Origin: Lama glama
Taxonomy: Eukaryota
Assembly: GCA_028534125.1 (NCBI GenBank)
Contig: CM052828.1
Span: forward strand, 54,994,001-55,058,000
DNA length: 64,000 nucleotides
Direction of reading: 5' to 3'
Position numbers and translations under genes: made by a program. This document shows, piece after piece, positions 1 to 11,950 of this stretch; the first letter of the stretch is position 1; each line of letters starts with the position of its first letter. The notes under the pieces are model-generated. The model saw only the letters and a list, made by a program, of their open reading frames with translations, ran no database searches and was not told the origin of the DNA.

Positions 1-299
1 TTGTGCGTATATGCGCTGGCTGTGTCAGAAATGTTAACAGTGGCTAGTAGGATTACAAGTGCTTTTAAATTTTCTTGTATTTATTTCTTAATTTCCTTTT
101 GTGATCAGAATTTTTTAAATTTTATTTTAATCCTTATTCTGATTTGCTTTTGGAAGAGAATTTTATTGGAAGATACAAAGAAGAAATTAAAAATCACTTT
201 TTGCCCCCTCTCCAAAGATAATCATTGTCCTATTATTGTTTGTCTATATATTTGTATGTGTAGCGAGTGAGTGACACTGTCTTGGTTTTCCAGTTACTA

Positions 300-860
300 T
301 TTGATTATGAGCATTTCCTATGCCATTTGCTAGTCCTTTAACACACCATTTTTAATGACTATGTAGTGATTCTATGGATGAAATATAACCTATTTAAATA
401 CTCCATTTGACACATTTTTAGCTTTTCTCTCTATTGCTGTGATGGGCATTTTGATACATACAGTATTTTTTTTTAACTTTTCCATCAGATAGCATCTTAA
501 AGATGTAATTATTGAATCAAAAATACTAATTTAAAAAATCATCTTGATATATTTTGCCAGATTGCTTTCTAGAGCAAATGAGCAATTTACAGTCCATCCA
601 GTGGAACACAACAGAGCCTTTCACTCCCTGTACCTTTGCCAACAGTGAGCCATGTAATTAAAAATAAAGTCTTGCTACCATAGGGTGCAAAAAGAGAAGG
701 CCATTGTTACAGTCTTAAATTGCATTTCTTTGGTTATTATTAAATTTGAGCTTTTTTTTAATATTTTCATTTCATTCTTTGGCTTCTGTCAACTGAATAT
801 GTTCTTACCTATTTTTCTATTGAGACATCAGATTTCTCTTTTAACTTTTTAACATAAAAG
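300..860 (-). mobile_element. Old degraded L1 (L1M-type) fragment
   Basis: Antisense L1 ORF2-end signatures: ttgccagattgctttc, caatttacagtcc, tttgccaacagtg, ttaaattgcatttctttg. Confidence 0.55.
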
Positions 861-2195
861 ATACTAATGCTTTTGTAAAATTTTATTTTAATCTTTCTTC
901 TGTACATGTCACAGATTCTTCCCCCAGCTTATTCTTTGACTGTAGCCTGCTTTTTGCATAGTGGAAATTTATTCTATGCAGGCAGTTCTATTGCTTTTTC
1001 CGTTAGTGTTTTGCAGTATTTTTTTAGCACAGATTTTCTCTGGGAGTCCTCATTCACTGGATGTGTACCCATCCTTACAGTCAGGTCTTGTAGAGAAGAG
1101 ACATCATCATATTGTGAAAATAACTCCCAGGGACTAAACCCTCATCGCATCAGTCACATGTAGACCTACCTTTCTTTCCACTTAAAACTAGGCTGTCTTC
1201 CTGGCTGATTGTAGAACATCATCAGCATTTGCAGGTAGAGTGTAAACTTTAAAAGTGAAATGTGGACATTGCTTCTGTCATGAAATGCGAGGAGTCCCAT
1301 GAACCTGCTCCCCAGAAAACTGGTGAAAACTCTTGAAAAAAAACCTTTTTAAACCTCTGGAAATGATCCTAAGGGCATACAGCAGATGAAGAAATGTCTA
1401 TTCAGGAATGTCTGCAGACATTTCCTTAAGAAAATGAAGCCTCTGGTGTTTGAGGCCACAATCTTCTGCCCACTGCCACTCAGTTTGCAGACCTCCCCCT
1501 CCTCTGGACAGGCTGCCACCAGGACCACAGGTGCCCCTTCCCAAGGCTCCCACCTTCCTGGGCAGAATCGGCCAAGAGGTGGGGGCTCTCCCCTGCTCAG
1601 CCCCTGCTAGGGCAGAGGGCCTGCTGGGGTGGGCGCTGCTGGGGACACGAGGCCCAACCCCCATCCCAGTGTGGTCTCCTGCGGGGCAGGACAAACCAAG
1701 GCCGCCTGGAGCTGCGGCTCCGCCCGCCTCGTGACCAGGAAGAGCTCACGGTGCACGCAGCTTCCCCAGCTAGGAATGCGGAACGTCTGTCTCTGCACTC
1801 ATTCAAAACTTCAGATTTTTTTTAAAAAGTGTGACTGTTCCTTCTTTGTAGATTTGAGACATTTCTAGGTCTTTTCATCTTTCTGTCTTCAAATATTTTT
1901 CTCTATTTATAAATCTAGTTATAACTGGTATGTAGCAAAGTTGCTGATACAGATTTTTATCTGACTATTTTGTTGGACTCATAATTGAAATAATTTTCAG
2001 TTTGATTTTTTTCGGTTTTCTAGGAAAACAGATTTATACTACTTGCAAATAAATGCAATCTTTGTCAATAATTATATTTCAGATTAATGCCTTAACTGGA
2101 ACTTTGAAATAATGCTAAATAATAGGAGAGACAGAAATTACTTTCTTTCTAAAAGAAATGAAATAATGAATGTTTCTCTCTTCTCATATACCTAG

Positions 2196-2292
2196 GCTGG
2201 ATTCTAGTGACATTTATAATGAACTGAAAGAAACATATCCTAATTATCTTCCTCTGTACGTTGCACGGCTTCATCAGTTGGATGCTGAAAAG
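2196..2292 (+). CDS. TPP2: Tripeptidyl peptidase II, internal coding exon ((K)[32 protein letters not shown])
   Basis: Pyrimidine tract and cctag acceptor (AG 2194-2195), donor AAG|gttagg. 97 nt = 1 + 32 codons. Translation matches the recalled mammalian TPP2 C-terminal region. Confidence 0.95.
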
Positions 2293-3247
2293 GTTAGGCC
2301 TGTTCATTTTTCATGAGTGTCTTATTTTGTTTGCAGTATTAGGTAAGATCTGCATTTTGACTAAAGGTGCAACTTACATGTCTTCTCTTCTTGCCAACTA
2401 AAAACATATTTCCTCAAATTTAATGTTCTGTTGAGCACTTTTCATTACGCTGACTGCAGGACTTGGCCATTACTGTGAGTTGAGTTGAGGATTCTCACTT
2501 ACACGTTTGACCGGTGGGAGGAGGAGTAGATACGACACCCTAAGGATTGTTTTTCTGACTTTAACCTGCAGAGCCAGGAGCAGAAGGCAGTGGTCCTGGC
2601 CTGCTGGAAATCTAAGCACCTTTGTGTTAACTTTGTTAACTTTGTTTCTGATTTTTAAGAGTTGGCTGTGATTCCCAGCTGTCTTCACATGGACCAGCTC
2701 TCACTGGTAATCATGGCAGTAGAAACCATAATCAGTTAAAAGTTATCGAGGGTCAAGAGTGAACTCGAAGGCGTTGAGAGAAACACCATGAACACCCTGG
2801 TGTCTGGACAGACTGTTGGTTTTATTCCTGTGTACGCTCATCTTTGTGATTTCAGTAACACATTAGAAGGAATCTGTTTGATCAGCTCTGCTTTTTTTTA
2901 CTTCTGTTTTCATGTGTGGGACTGAGGTCACGTGGCTGATCATGTCTCAAAACTCTTCTTAAGATAGAAAGAGTTGCCTTTGTGGAGAACACTTGATGTT
3001 TCTGTGAAGCTTGTATTTGTTTACTCTGTTTAGCGCCAGTGGGGAACGTCAGGTATTTTCCCGTCTGAGCTCAGGTTTTCCGGAGACGCTGACGATCACA
3101 GTGATCGCGGTGGGAGACGGCGCAGAGCCCCGGGGCTCGCAGACCACCTGCCCTCCCCGCTGCGGGCTGTAGCTCTCCTGGTCCAGACGGCTGAAGTGAA
3201 ATGCGTTAGGGTTCTCATTGATACGTCCAGTTTTTTCTTATGTCTTT

Positions 3248-3443
3248 NNNNNNNNNNNNNNNNNNNNNNNNNNNNNNNNNNNNNNNNNNNNNNNNNNNNN
3301 NNNNNNNNNNNNNNNNNNNNNNNNNNNNNNNNNNNNNNNNNNNNNNNNNNNNNNNNNNNNNNNNNNNNNNNNNNNNNNNNNNNNNNNNNNNNNNNNNNNN
3401 NNNNNNNNNNNNNNNNNNNNNNNNNNNNNNNNNNNNNNNNNNN
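3248..3443. other. N block (about 196 nt) probably hiding the TPP2 exon encoding ERMKRLNEIVDAA...DAATIK
   Basis: Directly preceded by a pyrimidine tract (ttttttcttatgtcttt). The flanking visible exons are phase-incompatible (phase 0 end, then a 1-nt overhang), so an intervening exon is required, and I found none elsewhere. Confidence 0.8.
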
Positions 3444-4824
3444 TTTAATTATTGAAAATACCCTTCTTTTCTGGTATTTGTTATATCCTTATAATTGGAG
3501 TTACCAATTTTTGGTTACTCCATCCTTAGGTATTTTGTAATCATTTTCTCCAGTCCTTGAAGACTAAACAAAAGAAAAGTCATTTGCTGTCTCCACCATG
3601 TGATGGAGAATGTGGTCGTGGTGGAGAGATTAGAGTGACCTTGATCAGGGCCAATGAAATTTGACTTGGGGGTGTTTGAGAAAAACTGTATGGAGCATTA
3701 CTGAGAATGATGTAAAAAAAAAAAATGGACAAGACACTCTCTACTCTTAGAAAACATACACTCTAATGCAGAAGGTGAGATTTCTAGGTAGAATGTGATT
3801 AAGAGTCCTGATAAGGATTTTCAATTGTGGAAGCCTATGGAAAGGAGAGCAGACTTTCCTTTAAGAGGAGAAAGCCTCATGGATTAATTGGTATTTAACC
3901 TGAGCAGATCGGTTCTAAGGTAGAAGAGGGTAGGGCAGGAATATTCCAGATTGTGGGATTTAGGTCATCGGAGTGGAGAATGGTGAAATAGGAGTCTCAT
4001 AGGCAATTTAATCTAGGACTGGTGGTCCAGCACACCTGTCCCCCCCAGTGCGGCCTCTGGATTCTGCATCCTTCGGCCCTTCCCTGGGACCAGTCAGTCA
4101 GGACGGCCACGGTTGATGGAATGTGCCAGGCTCACCTTGCCTGTTCAGTTCTGTTCCAGGGCCCCAGTTCTCCCTCACAAAATGGGGACAGAAATTTGTC
4201 TGGCTCCTGGGGTCACTGTGACGCATAAATGAAGTACTGCCAAGACCTTCCAGGTGCTGCCGGGCATCTAAGAGGTGAGGGGTGACGGGGGCCTCAGTCA
4301 GTGAAAAGCTGTAGAGCAGCCCCAGACCCATCCATCCGTCTGTGCCTAAGTCCAAAGCGACGGAGCAGCCCCAGAAACATTTCCACCAAAACAGAATGGA
4401 AGTTGGCTCTTTTAAGCTTCAAAACTCTGCGGATAAACTCTTAGGCGTCTTTTAGGCCTAATCTCATCTACGTTGCAGGTGTATTAAGGTGGGTAATTTA
4501 GGTCATAGCAAGTTGTTGGGTTGTTTTGGTTGTTTTTTTTTTTTCTCATTTTAATTGCCTTTTGGCGTCGGTGTCTAATTGGTGTTGACTGTAGAGCCCC
4601 AGCGGATTTCACATGTGGCATGTGTCGCTCAGGGTCCTTCAGAGTCATTGTTACTGCGAGACAGTTTGTTCTTCCTGTGTCTGAGGGCCTCATGGTCATT
4701 TTCTCAGCACTTTCAATCCTCATCCTCATGCATATCTGACAGAGGTTGGACATGATGCCTCAAATAAGCAAGCATTCTAGACAACACTGTTCCTGGAGTG
4801 TAGGTTGTTACTGTATTTCACTTA

Positions 4825-4910
4825 GCAGTGATTTATTGAGTGTGTTCTGTGCCAGGCATATTTCTGAGCACTTGGAATACATCAGAAAACAAAGATGCCT
4901 GCCCTGGAGC
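4825..4910 (-). mobile_element. L2 3' end fragment
   Basis: atttattgagtgtgttctgtgccaggca...ctgagcacttggaataca is a typical antisense L2 tail. Confidence 0.55.
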
Positions 4911-4926
4911 AAGGCTGGGGACCAAG

Positions 4927-5145
4927 GTGATTAAGAGCAGGGATTCTGGGACCAGCGCTGAGCCCAGAATCCTGGATCTACTGCTGTCTAACTATAGGAC
5001 CTTGAACAAACTGCCTTATCTGTTTGTGCCTCAGTTTCCTCCTTTGCAAAATAGGGGTAATTGATGGTCTCTTACTCATAGAGTTATTTTGTGTATAAGT
5101 GAGTTAATATGTTAAAATGCTAAAACAGTTGCTGGCATTTTCAGA
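4927..5145 (+). mobile_element. MIR SINE
   Basis: gtgattaagagc head and MIR core gaccttgaacaa...tgcctcagtttcctcctttgcaaaatagggg. Confidence 0.8.
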
Positions 5146-5527
5146 ATAAGCATTGTATTTGTTGGCTGTATTTATACATGAAAGTTTGTGACTCCACAGA
5201 GACAAATATGTAATGATTGGTATTCATAAGAGATCTAAACACTTAGAAGGTACTGTTCTGAGAATGACTTAGCCAACAGGATTTAGAATGGAACAGCCTT
5301 TCCTGTGTGGTTTATGACAGGCTGTTTAACCAAGTACAGCGACCCTGGCTCGTTCGGTCTGTGTGTCACCACGGCTCATTGACGTGCTGCACAGATGCCC
5401 GTACACGGCTACACGGAGTCCCTGCGTTGTGAATCTCAGGCGAAGAATGCATGAGTTTAATTTCGGATAAGTTGTGCCCTTAAAGAAATGTAACTCACTG
5501 TGGACTGTGTTTTGGTTTGGTGTACAG

Positions 5528-5735
5528 TGACATGGACAAACAGAAGTCGACGCTCGTAGACGCCCTTTGTAGGAAGGGCTGCGCCCTGGCCGACCATCTT
5601 CTTCAGGCCCAGGAGCTGGACGGGGCCGTGTCCAGTGATGCAGAGGGAAGAGAGGATGAGGGAGAAAGTGCTCTGGATTCTCTGGCAGAGACTTTTTGGG
5701 AAACGACAAAATGGACTGACCTTTATGACAATAAG
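5528..5735 (+). CDS. TPP2: TPP2 internal coding exon (DMDKQKSTLVDALCRKGCALADHLL...AETFWETTKWTDLYDNK)
   Basis: tacag acceptor (AG 5526-5527), donor AAG|gtaccg. 208 nt = 1 + 69 codons. Lies within ORF 5517..5864. Confidence 0.95.
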
Positions 5736-6969
5736 GTACCGTTTGTGCGTCTTGTTCTGGCTCAGTTCTGGGGGGGTCCTTCGCAGGCCTCTCTTGTGGC
5801 CGCTGCCTGCTGTTGGCTATTCTGGCTGATGGGCAGAGGGGAAGGGGGTAAACAGAGAGGCTGAGCTGGGCCCTGGGGAAGACGCTGTGTTTATTAGCTC
5901 TGTCTTCCTAGCTTGAAAACCACTTTACTGTTGTGTTATCTACCTGTAGGGTGGCCGCTTAGCCACGCTAGTTTCGAAAACAGAGAATCTGTGTAGTGGT
6001 CTCCTGTTAAGCCATTTACGTATAAGCTGAAATTAAGAAACATCTAGAAGCTGTCTTTTTGCCTCCCCACATCTGGCTGTGGGCTGGTTTGTCAGGGGTG
6101 GAGGTTGGGCACTGCAGGTAGTTTAGATGTTAATTTTCTCAAAACTCTTCAGCTTCTAAATAATTATCATCTTGATTTGCAACTGATAGTTTTTAAAACC
6201 CAGTTCATAGAAAAAGTAACATTGATGTGATGAACTTTTTGAATGTTGATTATAAAAACATTTGAAGTCCCCTTTTAGCTCCCTTCTGTAATTCTTACAG
6301 TGGAGATTATGTAAGCACAGGCTTTGGCAGTCTTCCTTTCTTCTGGACACACGGGAAAATATGAAATCAGTGCAATTCTGCTCACCCAGCTCAAACTGTT
6401 GGGGTTTTTTTTAGTAGACAGATGCTTGTTTTCAGGGTAAACTATGGTAATTCGTAGTAAAAACCCCTGAAAGTAGGAGATTCTTCCTGTCAGCTTGAGG
6501 GTTTTCCACCACAGTGCAATAGTGCTTTTGTAGAAGGAACTCAGTTATGCTCCAGAAACTGAAGGGACCTGCACCAGAGGGTAAGGATTTGGATCTGAAA
6601 TCAGACCCTTGGGGCTTCAGTCCTGCCTTAGCCACGTTTATCTGTGTGACCTTAGGCTGGGGACTGAATTCTGGTGTGGGCTAGTGACACTGCCTACCAC
6701 AGGCTTTTATGACAGTGTATTAAGCACGTGAATGGACATCAACAGTATTGGCTGTTGGTACTAACAGCTATCGCATGTCCGCCACGTGCCACACACGGTG
6801 CCTGCTGCTTTGCTGCTGTAGGAAGCTGAGTCAGAACCAGGTCCAACAGCGAGGCAATAAACATTTGATGAGCATCACAGTAAAGTTGCTATAAATAATT
6901 TTATTCTTGCCCCAGTGCTGCTGTATTAGAGGGCATGCAGTTATCACCTGCTGTTTACCACGTCTGTAG

Positions 6970-7539
6970 TGTTAGAGCAGGCAGATGTGAGGGGAGAGAG
7001 TGGGGCACGGAAACCACACATCTTGTGAACAATGGGGGTCCTTGGGCAGGCGGAGAAAAGCAGGAACCTCCCGGCTGATAGGAAATCACATATTTGGGGG
7101 TGACAGATGTCCTGGAGGCAAAGAAAGGTTGGAAAAGGTGGGAATCTCCAGCATCCAAATATGAACTTTTGCTCATTATGCCCTCATTACAATAACATTA
7201 GCCTTGCAGATTAGAAGTGCCCATCATGCACCGATGCTGTGACACTTCCGTCAAGACTAAATCAGGACAAATATCCCTCTGCCCCTCGGGAAGGTGGAGC
7301 TGGGGTGGAAATCAGGGAATACGACCCCAAACCCTCCCCTCTCCAATGAATATTCCGCGCATTCATTTTTACACCCTGTCTAGCGGGCTTGCCAAGGAAA
7401 CTCAGGGCAGCACTCACCTGAGTCTGCCTGCTCTCCCCTTGAAAACATCCTTAATAAATCCTCACTTTCCTTTCCTGTCCTCTGTGGCTCATCTCTGAAT
7501 TCTTTCTGCCACAAGACAAGAAGCTGCTCTCCAGTAACA
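6970..7539 (+). mobile_element. Solo ERV1-class LTR (570 bp)
   Basis: Termini TGTTA...TAACA (5-bp inverted repeat), perfect 4-bp TSD GTAG at 6966-6969 and 7540-7543, AATAAA 7453-7458 followed by a U5-like ctgaattctttctg tract. Confidence 0.85.
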
Positions 7540-7900
7540 GTAGCAACAACTGTTAAACACTGTGCTTGGCTCTAGAACACAAACAAATGTGACAGGATTC
7601 CTTTCTCTGAGGATGTTCTCCATGTCCTAAAGTGCAGACTAAAAATACAAATAAATGATTATAAGTGTATCTGACAGATCAATAATTAAAGGACCCAGAC
7701 TCATACAAAAGGAAGCAGATGAAAGTAATAACATGTGTATATAATTTGATACTTTATTTTTTTATTTCTGTCCTCTTTTCAAGTTTTTAAAATTTCCTTG
7801 CTGTAACATGTTTATTTGAAAAGTTGCACTTCTGTTAAAACCTTGATTCTTTCATTATGAAAGCAATATGCCTTAAAAGGTAAATATTTTGTAGATAAGC

Positions 7901-8072
7901 NNNNNNNNNNNNNNNNNNNNNNNNNNNNNNNNNNNNNNNNNNNNNNNNNNNNNNNNNNNNNNNNNNNNNNNNNNNNNNNNNNNNNNNNNNNNNNNNNNNN
8001 NNNNNNNNNNNNNNNNNNNNNNNNNNNNNNNNNNNNNNNNNNNNNNNNNNNNNNNNNNNNNNNNNNNNNNNN
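7901..8072. other. N block (about 172 nt) probably hiding the penultimate TPP2 exon (VLTFAYKHALVNKMYGRG...NCIQ)
   Basis: About 40 residues of the recalled TPP2 sequence are missing between DNK and LMKLLGW. I did not find them in visible sequence, and the gap is large enough to hold about 120 nt. Confidence 0.7.
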
Positions 8073-8849
8073 TATCATTTCAATATCGTATAGTGACAGG
8101 ACAGCCAGAGAGCCTTAGGGTAGTGATACAGCAGTACCAACTTCAGCATGACTGGTTATTGGTCTAATTAACGTAATGTGAATAAATCCGTGAGAGATAG
8201 TCAATAAGCTATTTATAAATTTTTAAAACATTTTTTACATCTGTCCAGAAAACCTATATTTAGCCTCATGTGTTTTCAACATAGGCAAAATGCGTTACAA
8301 GTTTTCTAAAGTTAGAAGACAGATTTCCCTTATGAAGGAAATGAATAATTCCTTCTAAACACATGTTGGCTCAGTTCTAAAAATGGGTGAACTTTAAGAG
8401 TTTATATTTGATTTTATTCTTCATTTGAAATGATAGCTCATTTGTTATTTTACCATGTGTAGTGTTATATGCAAGGAAGTTCTATGGTTGAGCTTTCTGC
8501 ACAAGTTAAATGTCAAGTGTAAAAATTTACTGAATTCCGCAGAAATTGTCTTAGCCTGGCCTTTGTACGTGCATAACTGATTTTACCTGAAAGATGTATA
8601 GAGGTTGGGGTAGGCTACAGGTAATCTTTATTCTTAGACCTTTCCTGTGTATCTTCCCCAGTCAGTTCAAATTGTAAGACTTTTTAAATTAGCTTCTTCA
8701 GGTCTTTGAGGAGGTTGAGAGCTCTTTCTGGAACTGGTTGTTAATGTCTTCTCATCACATAGACCATAAACCGTGAGCTCTTCTGTTTGTGAAGCCAGTG
8801 GTCCACCCAGATGCTCACATCAGGGGTGTTTCATGCCGTGTCTCCCCAC

Positions 8850-9420
8850 CACTCTGCTCCCCTGAGGTCTGTTCCCACACAGCAGCCCCTAAAAAATGGC
8901 TTTAGGCTCCTGCTGGTGAAGCTCCATCACATTTGAGCCACATCCAGATCCCTCCCCATGGCCTAGAAGGTGTGATCCGGCTCCTACCTCAGCCATGCCT
9001 CACGTCCCACTTGCACACACGCACCCTGCCGCTGCCACGCCAGCCTCCTCTCCGCTTGGCGCACGGCCACGCCCCTGCCCCCGGAGGACCCACTACTCCA
9101 GCCCCTGGGGAAGCCCCTGCCCAGAGTTCTGCAGAGTAGGCTGCTTGTCATCCGGATTCCAGCTTCACTGTCCCCTCCTCAGAGAGCCCTTTCTTGATCA
9201 TCTCTCTTCCCAGTCTGTGTCACAGCAAGTTCCATTTTTACTCTGTCCCTGATTTATTTCTTAATTATTTACTCATTTATTCATCTCTGCATTAGCTTGC
9301 TTATTTACTATTTGGCTTTCCTGACTAGAGCGTAAGTTTCCTGAAAACGGGAAGTGCGTGTGTTCAGTGCTGTTTTCCTAGTGGAGAACAGAGTTTGCCT
9401 ACGGTAGGCGCTCAGGGAGC
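8850..9420 (+). mobile_element. L2 LINE 3' fragment followed by purine-rich low-complexity sequence
   Basis: ctagagcgtaagtttcctga...gttcagtgctgttttcctag...ggtaggcgctcag matches the L2 3' terminus pattern. Confidence 0.6.
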
Positions 9421-9756
9421 ACGAACGAGAGGCAACTAGGTTGGCAGGAAGGGAAGGAGCAGGCTAAGGCAGGTCGGCAGGAACAAAGGCAGACGGAGAG
9501 GAAGGAAAGCAGGCGAAGTGGGCGGGGCCGATGATAATCTCCAGGGTAGGCTGGTTGGTAGGAGAGTTGGTCAGTCAATGGTCAGGAAGATTGGTTGGCA
9601 GGAAGGAAGGTCGGTGGGTGGGTTGATGTTGGGTTGGATGGAAGGAAAGTTCTATGTGCAACTACTTCTTTATTACTAAATATTTAATGCAGAACTTACC
9701 CTAAATACTGAGCTTGAAAAACCTGTTCTTTCATACTTGTGTGTGTTTTATTATAG

Positions 9757-9846
9757 CTGATGAAGCTACTTGGATGGACTCACTGTGCATCTTTTACTGA
9801 AAACTGGCTCCCCATCATGTATCCTCCTGATTATTGTGTATTCTAA
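9757..9846 (+). CDS. TPP2: TPP2 terminal coding exon (LMKLLGWTHCASFTENWLPIMYPPDYCVF*)
   Basis: ttatag acceptor (AG 9755-9756), 29 codons then TAA at 9844-9846. Matches the recalled TPP2 C-terminus YPPDYCVF. Confidence 0.97.
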   Translation: MMKLLGWTHCASFTENWLPIMYPPDYCVF

Positions 9847-10710
9847 AATCGGAACCAAGACTTCAAATTTTAAAAAAGGAAGTTTTATAGTGAATGGATA
9901 TAAAACCAAATTTGTGGCATTTTTAGTCTAATGCATGTTTTCATCCGCTGTCAAATATTGATTATTAAAGTGATGTGTATTTATCAGAGAGTTTGCTGGC
10001 GTGTGGCTTGGTAAATCATGTAAATCTAGACCTCTGACATCATGGTGTTTCCGCAACGCCTCACCTTACTGGCGGCGAGCTGTGCCCTGACTGCCAGCAC
10101 CAAGGACTTCCAGTTGGGCTGCAGCTGTTACATGCATGAGATTTTGAACAGAACTTTTACCTGCAGACCTATAAAGTTCTATTTTTTATTTTATAAATGA
10201 ACAGGGTTTTAACATGCTCGACTTTAATTTTTTTCAATTGTGTGAAGGCCTTAAAAAAGCTACATTAAGCGTAGCTAAAATTATTTATTGGACTAAAAAG
10301 TAACAGAACTTCATTTCCAGGTTTTTGGGGTTTTTTTTTTTTTTTTTTTTTTGGCAAATGGTTTACATTCAATTAAGGGAAAGAAATAAACCCAGCACAA
10401 ATAAACGCTTGGCAAATGCTGGAGCTTCTGCTTCAATCAATCTTCATCTTGGAGTCATTTCAGGCCAATCATTTTTTAACATCCTCGTGACGTACAGAGC
10501 ATCAAAATGAACTAACAGTACATGTATAAGTGCCAGACAGCTTGACTCTGTATCAGGTATTGTAAAGATACACATACGGTATGTTTATTAAAGTTGAAAT
10601 AATGTAAACACGTGAATAAATGTGCAAAACCAAGATCGCAGGACACCATATGCACTCTGAACTTTAATTTTTTTATAAATAATAAAAGTGAATATTGAAG
10701 CTTCTTAAAG
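9847..10710 (+). other. TPP2: TPP2 3' UTR with several candidate poly(A) signals
   Basis: AT-rich unique sequence after the stop. ATTAAA 9964-9969; AATAAA 10385-10390, 10615-10620 and 10681-10686; T22 run 10331-10352. True cleavage site not determinable. Confidence 0.65.
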
Positions 10711-11639
10711 TTGGTCTTAATTTTTCATAAATGATTTGGGGTTGGAACAGAAATAATATATTAAATCCATAGACAAAAAATTCAACATGAAGTAATTTAT
10801 AATGTTTCTTATAGGCGTGTAATTATTTGACTATATTTCCAATTCTTATGTGCTTTAGTGTATGTTTAACTTTTTATCTTTCTGGCTGCTACACTTGCTT
10901 CCCTCATCCTTCCTCCATCAAATAAACAGACGTACATAGACGGTATTAAAAGGCCTCTACTCACAGCCAATGTGTTTGTGTGTGTGTGGTTTTTAAATCT
11001 TGTTCCTTTAGAAGTTCCTACTGGAAAAGGCCTCCCAGTGATCTGGTCTTAGTCATTCATAATTGTGTTTGAATAATTGACTCCATCTGATGAAAACATT
11101 AGAGCCTCTATGAAAAAAGATGCAAATATGCATGCAGACATTTTGCACAGTTCCTGAGCTGCCCAGAGTCCATCTATGAACAACTACGTGCATGTTCTCT
11201 CGCCTACACGTATCCAGGTCCACATACATACAGGTTCACTCCATCAGGAAACTGAGGTGCTCAGAAGGGGTCAAGTGACACCCCAAGGTCATGCTGACGG
11301 ACTGACTATAAGAGAACTCATTTTACAACCAGGTTCGTCATTTCTATAAGCACCACCTGCTGCAGAGCCTCAAGGCCCGCCGGGGGTGAGCACTTGGGTC
11401 CTCCTCGGGCCTCTCCTGAGGACGTGTTCAGCTCTGCCACGAGTGGGGCTGATACCTAGGAAAATGGCAGCTCCCAGCGCCCCTCCGAGCATCTCATTTC
11501 CCAGCATCTCCTTAAGCTTCTTAACTAGTCCCAAGTGTATCCACCATGTCAGGTGGCCACAGAATTATACAATTGCCTGTAATTACCTAGACAAATTCCC
11601 CTGGGAACAGGCTGAGAGAGAGCTGGGTCCAAAGACGGC

Positions 11640-11950
11640 CTCGCACCTGGTGTTTTCTGGGGAACAAGCTCCAGTGATGGCCAGGCTGCTGGTTTTCAAG
11701 GCGGTCCGGGAGCTGGAGATGGGATGGGGACGGGGAGATTGAAAACATCACAAGGACACTGTTCATACTGAGATTCAGCCATTTTAACTGGAGTGAACAA
11801 ACCTCAAGCTGCTATGCGCATTTGGTTAATTGCCAGAATTCTGCAAATGTTGCTTCCGAGAATTTCTGTCAGTTTTCTCATAACTTTAATGGAGGAGAGA
11901 TGTTTGGAGGTGCTTTTTCACTGACAAAAAGTTACACCATTTTCACTGAC
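11640..11950 (-). mobile_element. Old L1 5'-end fragment
   Basis: tttggttaattgccagaattctg...ttttctcataactttaatggaggagag resembles antisense L1M 5' termini. Confidence 0.45.

Noticed and set aside
3196-3540. ORFs spanning N blocks (also near 7812-8078 and 31083-31626)
   Set aside because: Artefacts of translating through Ns.
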